64,000 bases of DNA, from the NCBI GenBank assembly GCA_000320545.1, contig ADNK01001386.1, positions 1 to 64,000 of the forward strand. Reading direction: 5' to 3'. Source of the DNA: Bigelowiella natans CCMP2755. Lineage: Eukaryota > Protista > Cercozoa. A program made the position numbers and the translations under genes. Shown here one piece after another: positions 26,536 through 36,900 of this stretch; position 1 is the stretch's first letter, and every line of letters begins with the position of its first letter. The notes beneath the pieces are model-generated. The model was not told the DNA's origin and did not search any database. It saw nothing but the letters and a program-made list of their open reading frames with translations.

Positions 26536-26927
26536 ACATATGTCAAGGCTATATAAGAGCTATGACGCGTTTCGTAGCCTGACATGCTGGCATGTGCAGC
26601 ATAATAGCGATCGATAGCGCGCCTGTGCTATATGTCAAACAAGCCGAGAAGACATTTAGTTTTAATGCAGCGGGCTAACCACAGATATGCTACGTGCCTA
26701 CGGATATGCTACACATGGCCAGGAGTAAGTAGTGCTAGAAGATTTGTATTCACATCCATGCCTCGCACATCCGCTGTTGCTTTTCCCATCTACTACTGAA
26801 ATGCGAAAATTAAATTCCCCATTCCATGCGCATGCTCTCTTTAAAGCTAGTGCCTATTACATATCTTTTGCTTTCTCTATTGTATTTGTGCCGTGTTATT
26901 ATTTGAGAACCCTTAAAAAATGGTTCA

Positions 26928-29475
26928 TCAGCTGATCGTAATAAACTTCTCCTCCTTATTGGGGTTGCACACGTAACACAAAGCCAGCACGCAATTGCAC
27001 ATGCACAACGCGCAGAGGAGCCAGGAATGGGCGATAAATGCCAGATAAGAGACCCAGGCCCATAGAATCACGACTACTAGGATAAGACACCGACTTCCCT
27101 GCAAAGACATCAATAAGTCACTACCACAATGTAGCAGATAGCAGCCCAAAGGAACCGATAGAAGAAGAAGAAAAAGGAGGGAAAGTGATGTTTTGTCATT
27201 TACCTTTGGAAGAAGCATCTGAAATAAGACCAAATCGACCACGACGACTGCTAGCACGTACATCGCTCGATTTGCAACTTTCATGTATGGTGTCTCTTCA
27301 TCTTTTGCTCCTTCTTCCGGCTCGTTGGCCGAGACAATTGCTTGCAAACCCTTAGAAATCTTAGCTACCTCATCCTCCAACGACACGACACCTTTGAGCG
27401 CCATAGTGATAACCTCCTGTTCCTTCGTTGGAATAGATATTCCTTCATACATCTGCTTCATGACGTCTTCAGTCTCGTGAAGCACTCTCTGGATCCTGTC
27501 CATACTCACAACCGAAGTAGGGGTGGTGGCAGCTTCTTCTTCTTCTTCTTCTTCTTCTTCTTCTTCTCCTCCTTCGTTATCACCAGTGTTGGGTTTCACT
27601 CCAACTTCGCCACTTTGATCTACATTGAATTGTGCTAGGGCGGAGGTGCGATTGGCTTTAATACCATCCAGCAGCTTCGTGATGGTTGAGATTTCCGCTG
27701 CGAGCGTCTTAATTGTTTCGCCCCTGGATAGGCCCAGCCGCTTCACCGTACTCAACTGTGATTGACACGTGTCAACCGCTCGGCCTAACGTGCGAATGCC
27801 GTGAAGAATCTCGGACATGGATTCTCTGTCAGGTCCTGCTTCTTCATTAACTTGGCATGTAGGCTGCTGCTGTTCAGTGGCGGCTGCTTCTTTCTTGAGT
27901 TGTTCAAGAGATTCCTCGAGACTTTGCACTTTGCCCTTCACGGCGTTGTGCTCTTGAAGCCCAATGCATTGCCCTTCCTTCTCTGGTTCGTCCGTCCTTG
28001 TTTGTTTGTCTTCGCTTTTATCCCCGCTAGTCGAAGCAGCGCCATCATCATCAGGACCAGGGGTATCATCACTTTCGGTAGATTTGATCGATTTTGCTGC
28101 CTCTCCTTCAGCCAAGGCCTCCTCTAAGGTGGTCACTTTAGCTTCTAGCTCCGCAATTTTTGCTGCTGCTGCTGCTGCTGTCTCTTCATCTTCTCCCTCA
28201 GCTACCACTTCTGTTGTATCTGATTTCCCTCCTTCTTGTCCTCCCCCTTCTTCAACATTTCCTCCCTTGGCTTCTTCACTTAACCTCGTCAGCTCACTTT
28301 CGAGCTCTTCTATCCTTTGTTCTGCAGCCTTTAACTTCTCAGTCTTTTCGTCGCCATCATCGTTGGCTGAATCTTCGGTGGTTTTTGCGGTGGCACTGCT
28401 TTCATCCCCCGCCTCCTTCTCCTCATTTTGTTTTAATTCGGCCGAGCTTTTCGCTGCTTCAAGGGCGGTCTTGGCCTCCCGAAGATTCATATCCAGAACT
28501 TCCTTTTCGCGTCGCCACATTTCCTCTTTCTCGTCAGTTTCCAGAAGAGTCTTATTAAGTAATTCGCCCAAAGACTGCAATTTGGTGTCGCGTTCTTGAA
28601 GTTCGGACCGAATCTTTGCCAAGGCTTCATTGTGCTCCTTCTGTTTCGACTGCAATTTGGTGTCGCGTTCTTGAAGTTCGGACCGAATCTTTGCCAAGGC
28701 TTCATTGTGCTCCTTCTGTTTCGTCTCCTGCAGCTGCTCAAGCTCAGAAATACGATCTTCGTGAGCCTTCGATGCTGAGGATGATCCCCTAGCTGCTACG
28801 TCTTGAGCTTCGGATCGTATCCTTTCGGTCTCTTTCAATAGATTCATAGTAGTGTCCTCGTGCTGAGGAAAATACCATTAAAAATGCAGGGATTAATTTT
28901 GAGCAAAAGGTCAGGTTCCTACAGCAATACTTCGAAATGTACCATACAGCATATCCGCACAAACCTGCTTCACAAGTCGTTCTTTGTCTTTCTTAAATAC
29001 TGCCTCCTTCATTTCCAGTTCTTCCTGGAGTCTAAGCGTTTGTTCCTTGTACTCTTGTAGCTGTCGGGACAGCTCCTGCGACTTTTCTTGACAGTTATCC
29101 ACCCTAACATGGTAAGGATACATTGGAAATGATAATACTTATGACGATACCATGCTCAAAATGCAGACAGTTTTTGTAATTCCTGCAACCCCCACCCATC
29201 TTATTGCTCAACACACAACAGTTGCATCAGCAGGACAACGTAGAGGATAGTCTCTGGTATAGCTTGCTATTTGAAATATCGGATGTCACGCTGTAGGATG
29301 GGTTGATTGCTATATTGGCTCCGACAGGCGTACTTTTCTTCAAACAGACATTATTACGCGACTTGTAACCCCCCTCCTGACCAGATCATTCCCCTAGGGC
29401 TTACAGTCCCGATTATCCATCCCCTTTCTTACAGAGCCAAAAGATGAGTTTTATATTTTTTTCGGACTTACTCAT
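26928..29475 (-). CDS. Hypothetical long coiled-coil protein with C-terminal transmembrane segments
   Basis: 639-aa terminal exon (26928-~28859), E/K-rich with 3-4 C-terminal hydrophobic helices. An upstream coiled-coil exon lies at ~28962-29105. The ATG at 29475 is followed by a GTAAGT donor; the start is uncertain. Confidence 0.6.
28573..28723. repeat. Exact 75-bp tandem duplication within coding sequence (25 aa)
   Basis: Two identical copies encode KQKEHNEALAKIRSELQERDTKLQS on the minus strand. Confidence 0.9.
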
Positions 29476-30252
29476 TTCCAAAGGCTGAAGCCAGGAGGAG
29501 GAGCAGGAAGAGGGAGAGGGGGGGCCGTCTAGGCCGCCGCTGCGCTGACCTCATCCTTTGCCTTTAGAAACAAAGGGCATGTAGTTTAAATATGCGACAA
29601 TGTAAAAATGATGTCGCAATCTCTCAATCAAGACGGTGTCACCGCTTTGGGGAACCGAAGCATTTAGTAAAGTTCGCCAGCCTAAAATATCCTACCAACG
29701 TGCTCTAAAACTTGCACACGGCATATAGACAAAATAGACTGAAATTCAACCCTGCGACGTGTCAATTTTGACCTTTCTGCAAATCCACAGGTCCAAGCCA
29801 GAGAGTAAAGTGCGTGGGCAGCTTCGCGGTTCCAGGTCCCAGTTTTGTGCAGCTCCATACGTGGAAGGATACGGCCAGAAGGTGATAGCGTTTTTTAGGG
29901 ATCTAAGGGGGAGGACAGAATACTCAGATTTCTTTGTGGCGAGGGGATTATCATGGGGCTCGACCTGCAACACAGCGCCTAATTAAGAAGGCGCCACTTG
30001 CATGTGCAGAGTTCATATTCTCGTGTCTAAGCTTTAATAGGGGCAGTTGTGGGGGTCAGAACTTAGGCAGTCTCGGGGGTTTCATAATTTAGTGTATATT
30101 AGCCCATTTCTGTTATTCCTAGATTTCCCTTCGAGTTTTAGCTAACCCTTATAAATCGTTCTGAGTTCGGGAGATTTTATTGAGGCTGCTGTGCAACTTT
30201 TGCTTCTTCTTCCAGATATCAGCCAGAAAAGCGTTCCTGCTCTAGGTGCAAA

Positions 30253-32402
30253 ATGTCGGATCCAAAGCGTCAGAAGACTTCTTCTTCTTCAGCGGAATTT
30301 GTTTCTGTTAAGCTGGGGCAAGGCGGACTCCTCGAGGCCAGTGGCACAGCAGGTCCCAATGAAGTTACAATGGAGCTCTCTGGAATGAGCGCCGAATCGA
30401 AGACGAGGGCAGATGAACTTGTCAAACAGCTCGAGGTATTAAGATGAGTAACCCAACAGTTGTCCTTGAGCGCGAAGCCGCTGAACATGCGTTTCGTTTG
30501 ATTATGGTCCCGCCAACGATTGACTTCGTGGCTGACTCATATTTCTTGAATGGGGGGAGAGGGAGACGGGTTGCCACCAAGGGGAATTAGCACATAGTTT
30601 GTAGAGTAGTGATGCTGATCCAAAAATTCTAAATACAAAAGGCTAAGCGGCGTGCACGCTCGATGGCTGTCCCAACAAACGACTACGATGTGAAGAGGTG
30701 GGATGCAACAACTTTATACTGAGCATGTAGTTCCGCAAATAATACATAATCTTGTTCCTATTACCCCATATGATTCTATTTGACAAATGACGACTTTACT
30801 TTCAACCTCCTCCTCCTCTCTCTCTCCCTCCCTCTCTTCCCCCCCCCCCCCCCTTCTCTCTCCTCTCGCTGCCTCCTCTCTTCCCAGGCGTCTACGGCAA
30901 CTTGGTGAGCCCATCACATACTTCGGAGAGGGGCCAGCCAACCGGAGAGAGCGCCTCCCCGGTCTTCTCGCACAGATTGCAGTTGACGCGGCGTCAGGGA
31001 TAGAGAATGATAAGGTTCTGCGGTTTGCAGAAATTGTCAAGGAGGGCGACGGTGACCTCGACCTTTCCTTGAGCGATGCGCGAGTACACAAAAAGGCGTA
31101 CGATACTGATGGCAGTGCTGCGTTGCTCAATTCCAGAGTCGAGATGTTCCAGTAATTCTCCCCCCCCCCCAACACACAAAAATACTAAAACTCCCGCCAC
31201 CCTAACCCACACTCTCATACACACTTCCATACGCACATCGTGGTAAGAGACTATCTGTTCTTAACCGACCACATCCTAATAACACACACAGATTCTCGAT
31301 TCCTCGCGCACGCAAGAGATTACTGGCCGCTAAGAGGCGTCGTGCGAATATGACCAAAGAGATCATGGCGAATCTTGACAAGGAATACGCTGATAGGGCT
31401 GTCAGTCTCCGAAGCTTCGTCAACACCACATCTCAAATCGGTTGCGGGCGCCCCATCTCCTCGTGCAGCTTCTCCTCGGATTCTTCGCGCCTCGCTACGG
31501 CGTCATGGAGTGGGATCGGAAAGATATGGTCGGTTCCAGACAGCGCACTGCTGTGCACTTTACGCGGACATGAAGACCGCATCTCCGACATTCGCTATCA
31601 CCCGCATGCTAGGGTCACTGTCGGCCAGGAACTCTCAGTTGCCACGGCCGGGGTGGATGGCGCCTTGTGCCTCTGGTCGCTCAACGATATCGAGAAAAAC
31701 GCGGCGAAGAAAATGGACACCGGTGATGATATGAAAGTCGAGACGGTTGATGGCGCAGATGCCGGCGTAAAGAAAGAAAAGAGCGGAAAGGGGGAGCAGA
31801 ATAACGATGAGGAGGAGAAGGTACCTCATGTTAAACCGTTAGCTAAGCTCCAAGGGCACGAAGACAGGCTCTCCCGCATCGAATTCCACCCTTCCGGTAA
31901 CTACATCGCGTCTACCAGCTACGACGCTACCTGGAGGCTGTGGGACCTTACGTTGCAGCAAGAGCTACTCTGCCAAGACGGCCACGCGGTTGGCGTGTAC
32001 GGCCTTGCATTCCAGGGAGACGGCTCACTGATGGCCACGGGCGATATTGGCGGCGTGTGCCATGTGTGGGACCTCCGCACCGGCAAATCGATAGCCACGC
32101 TGGATGGCCACGTCGACAACATTCTCTCTATGGACTTCTCGCCGAATGGCCACACGCTCGCCACGGGCTCCTGCGACAACTCTGTGAGGATCTGGGACCT
32201 GCGCAAGCGAAGATGTATCTACACAATCCTGGCTCACTCCAAGCTCATCTCCAATGTCAGATATCACCCAAACAACGAGGACTTCCTGCTCACATCCTCC
32301 TACGACCAGACTGTGAAGGTGCTCTAGCTTGCAGGGTGTCTTGTTGTCCCGTTATGAGCCCGTGGTGTATTTGCAGATTTATCTTCTTCATTTGCGCGAC
32401 CG

Positions 32403-32449
<47 letters not shown>

Positions 32450-32462
32450 AACAAAGAAAGTG

Positions 32463-32497
<35 letters not shown>

Positions 32498-32747
32498 ACC
32501 TACCTATCACCTTCCCGAAAGTCGTTTTTTATCATTTTCTCAATTTGAGCATGCAATGATTAATTTTGTTCTCATGTTCATATACATTTTTGCACAGATC
32601 TGGTCAGCTCGTGACTACCAGCTTATAAAGAGTCTCAGGGGGCACGAGGACCGTGTAATGCGCGTAGAAATGTCGCCTGATGGTAAGATGCTGTCCAGCA
32701 CGTCCTTTGACCGCACCTGGAAGCTCTGGATGGCAGATGAGGCTTAG
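30253..32747 (+). CDS. PRPF4: U4/U6 snRNP protein Prp4 (WD40), multi-exon
   Basis: PRP4 motif (ARSMAVPTNDYDVK..RLRQLGEPITYFGEGPANRRERL), SQIGCGRPIS, then WD40 repeats (LRGHEDR, SYDATWRLWD, VWDLRTGK, SFDRTWKLW). Confidence 0.93.
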
Positions 32748-33632
32748 TAGTAGGCTTTTGATTACAATGGTACCACCGTACAGTTATCACAGGAAGAGTA
32801 TTAAATGTGCACAAGATATGGATTTTTATGTCACAGAAAAACATCTCTTCACATTATGTTGGAAATTGAACCATATTAAAAGATTTGCACACATGTCTAG
32901 ATGTGGCCGCATGTCCTAAGTGAATTTCTGCAATAATTCGCAATTGTACGTCACTTGTCGGGCAAAGCACACACGTGTGGCGCACGTACGCACACCGTTA
33001 GTTTGAGAACGTGCATTCAGCCCGACAATCGCATCAAGCAAGCACTGATAGCAAGTTGCATGCATGTAGCTGAAAACATGATGAGAACATTTGTAGGCGT
33101 AGATCATTGTGTAGTGAATAGCAAATGACAATCTGTTGTATTCGTGTGACGCGAAATGTCGTACGCAATTGATCATGCGCCAATGCGTCATGACGCTCAT
33201 GCGCAGCGGACAGCACTCTAGAGGACTAGCTAGACTTGCAGAGCATGGCACGTCTTGTCCGCCTAGCTAGCTAGAGTCGCACGCACTAGCGCATGGCTGC
33301 CTACTAGCTCGCTGCTGTTCTTTGCTGGCATACAAACAGGTAGCTAGTGATGGCAGACACAGTCGCAGTGTCTGCATGCTAGCATGATTGCAAAGCCGAA
33401 CGCACAGCTCACCTCTTGCAACACCAAGCTAGCAAGCTAGCAAGCACCACTAGACCATTGGACCAGCCTGCTTGCTGGCCTGGTGACAATCTAGCAATGC
33501 AAGCTGGGCAATCTGCCAATCTAGAACTGAGACTTTCAGTGGTTCTGGAGTTTCTAGAGTTTCGTGCACAGCTGCTCGCAAGCTAGCAAAGGCCAGAAGG
33601 TGCCATGCTAGCATGCTAGCATGCGCACAGCA

Positions 33633-33958
33633 TGTAGCGCGTACCACTACGCGGGCACAAGTCACGTGCGACAACAAAGGGGTTGTCGCGGATATAGAAT
33701 ATAGATAACGTAGATATTAATACAGCATAGGCACGTGGGTTCCGGCGGGACTCATGGCAGCACACCGGAAGTGTGCTGCCCCACGTGCGGCGGCATTCGC
33801 GAAAGCTTCGCGAATGATTACGCAGTGCACGATTTAATAAAAATATAATCTTTAATAAAAATAAACACAACTCTTCAAAAGGAAGCAAACGTGCCTTTCC
33901 CCCCCCCTGCCTACTTGTGCACGTAGCGCCTCGGCCTGTGAACACCTTACGCGCAACA
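33633..33958 (+). repeat. 5' LTR
   Basis: Identical by eye to 39023-39348. Ends TGTAGCGCGTA...TACGCGCAACA form a 10/11 inverted repeat. Contains AATAAA motifs. Confidence 0.97.
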
Positions 33959-33963
33959 ACCTT

Positions 33964-33982
33964 TGGCTTCCACACACGGGAA
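33964..33982 (+). promoter_or_regulatory. Putative primer-binding site
   Basis: TGGCTTCCACACACGGGAA, 5 nt after the LTR; its complement ends ...GGAAGCCA like a tRNA 3' end. tRNA identity not established. Confidence 0.65.
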
Positions 33983-33997
33983 ACGATTTGACTAACA

Positions 33998-36900
33998 ATG
34001 TCACAGCAGCTAGAAGAACAGCAGGACTTTGGCTCGCAGGCCGTGCAAGGGCACGAGCAGAAACAGGAAAGGAAGGGCGATACGGACGCTAAGGAAGGAG
34101 GAGGAACACCTCCACAGGCACCGCCGGGACCAGCACCCGGGATTAAGAAAGCAGATGCAGCAGCAGAGGCACTGGAGAACTTCTACGAGGCGGACGACGA
34201 GGACGTGGCCGCCGAAAGCAAGAAGGTCGTAATGGCATTACGAGCCTTGCGACCCAGGGCGAGCAACTACGCCAAACTGAAAGTATCGATAGAATACAAG
34301 TATCAGACACATGATGTTTGGGCAGCTATCATGCAGGACATCATGGATTACGAAGCAGACTTACCTCCAGAGTGGGCAGCTTTGTTTAGGAACGACGGGG
34401 GTCTGGGCGCCTCGCGGGGGACGACCCAGAGCACCGTCAAGCAGCAGCAGCCGGTACAGCGGAACACCCAGTTCATGTCTGTTAAAACAGCACCGGTTAT
34501 GATAACGAAATACAACGGGAAAAGAGGTGAGGCAAGGAGGTGGTGGAAGAACGCTAGGAGTATACTCTGCGACTTTACCCCTAACCCCACCGAAAACGAC
34601 AAGCTCAAATGGCTAGCTATAATAAAGCAAGCCATGGACCTTTACGAGACAGGCAGGACCCGGATCAGGCAGCTAGAGAAAATACACACTACAGTTAGTG
34701 GGCTACGAGACGTTGAGGCGATAATGAAGGCTTTTGTAAATGAACAGGATGCTAACTCCCTACCCCAGGCTATTAGAAAATACAGAGCAATGATGCAGCA
34801 TGAGAGAGAACCTGTTAGAGACTTTGCCACGCGCTTCCAGGATATGATCGACGAACTACATGATTTTAATTACAACACAGGTGATGATCAGGCAAGGTTT
34901 GAAGAGTTCAAGTTAAAGATAAAGGAATCCACTTACGTTACGGAGAAAGGCTACACCACGATGGAGGCAGCAGTGCAGGCTATATCCCTACGCGAGCAGG
35001 AGCAGGACCGCAAGTTTACCAGCCCTAAGGTACCTGGCATAGGAAACATTAACGCTATTAAGCCGCAGCGAGACTGGTACAAGGACAGGGAAGGTAACCG
35101 ACGTTGCGGATACTGCTCACGTAAAGGGAAACACACCGCTAAAGACTGCAGAGACAGGAAAGAAGGACGACCCAGGATGACGATCAGGCAGCTCAACGAA
35201 CACTACGAGAAGTTAAAGAGAAAGAAAGGCAGAGGACAAGGATATAACAACAGCAAATGGCAAGGCAGCAACAACGGGAAGAACAATAAATATAAGAACA
35301 AAAAGCAGAACAGTATCAATGCTATACAGCAGCAGATAAACGGAATATTAGATCACCTTAAGCAGGCGCCGACGAAGACAGCAGTACCAGCAACGCAGGA
35401 CCAAGACAAGCCCATGACCCTAGACGACATAAAGAACTTAGGAGTATGCAACATTAATGACGAAGACGCTAACAGGACTATCAAAGTTGCTATGACCAAG
35501 GTTAAAGTTAAAGACAGCTACGGAGACTACAAGAAACTACCTGCCCTTTGGGATAGTGGCAGCATGCCGAAGTCCTTCATAAGCCTAAGCACAGTAAGAA
35601 GGTTAGGACTATTGGATCAAGTGACTAAGAAAGAACGTAAATATGCTCAAGCAGACGGAAGCTCTTCCATGAAGACCGTCGGTGAGCTAATGCTAAAGCT
35701 ACAGATACCTGGCAGCGACGCGGAGACCCAAATCAAGACCCGAGTAGCCATGACTTTATCCATGGAACTACTCCTCGGACAGGATGCCCTAGAAAAATTA
35801 GGGGGGATCATATCATTCTACAATCACAAGATATACTTTGCTAAGTTGCCAAAGAAGTCAGGCAGGACCATCAGCCAGAACATGATACGGCTTGACGAGT
35901 GGACCTCTGAGTCAAGCGTTAATGCGTTAGAGTTTATGGACCTAGCGGACAACAAGCTACCTACACCTACCGAGCTACGGAAGAAGAACCCCGGCAAGAC
36001 CATCCGACAGATAACGGAGCTACTGGACAAGACCCCCCCAGCTGATGATTGGGATATCGACAAAGGCAAAAAGTACATTAATAAAATATTAAACGAGAAG
36101 TACTCTGACATCACCAAGCCGACGACGAAGCCCTCCAGCAAGCTTACCCCAGTAAAGATCGAGCTAAAGAAGGGATACGAAGAGTGCATCATCAATGACC
36201 CAGAACATAGGCGACCGGAAGCGGACTGGGAAAAGATAGAGTGGCAGATCAATGAATGGGCAAAGGAAGGGAAGATAGAGCCAAGCAACTCACCATGGAA
36301 CGTGAGACATGTGCTAGCTAAGAAACCTACTTACCCTTTCTTCCGCCTGGCGCACAACTTCATCCGCCACAACCGAGTAATAAAGAGGATCCAGACACCT
36401 ACACCAAGGATAGATGACGTTATTGAACACGTCATAGGATACAAATACTACTCTTCCCTAGATAAAAATGAATCATACATGCAGACACCCATCCACAAAA
36501 CCTCCCGCCCCATTACCGCGTTCTCCAGCAGGCACAGGAAGTGGCACTTCGTCGTATTCCCTTACGGCCTAAGCATATCAGGGGATGCGTTCAGTAGTCA
36601 GAACTACAGGGCATACACACATGATGGGATGGCGTCTGTGTTGTGGGTGTTTGTGTTTGTGTATGTGGATGATGACATAATATGTACCAACACAGTCGTC
36701 GCTCAGATCTTCCTCCTGGAAAATATATTTATTAGGTTTGCACACTTCGGTTTTACTATTAGACTGCAGAAGTGTACATTCCTAGCTACAAGAATCAAGT
36801 GGTGTGGATATTACCTGGAGCAAGGCCGCATCACCCCAAACCCCGAGAAAGTAGCAGCACTACAGCAAGCCCCTAAACCTAAGAATGCAAAGGAGTTAAA

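Noticed and set aside
29880-30150. TAAGGG/telobox-like motifs in divergent spacers (also ~39757 and ~48407)
   Set aside because: Too short and too few to distinguish from chance by eye.
33731-33790. Possible hammerhead ribozyme in the LTR (ATGAGTCC...GGAAC on the minus strand)
   Set aside because: Lacks the CUGAUGA and GAAA core.
33616-33975. 119-aa minus-strand ORF duplicated at 38976-39335
   Set aside because: Duplicated only because it spans the LTR; it has a non-ATG start and no recognisable domain.
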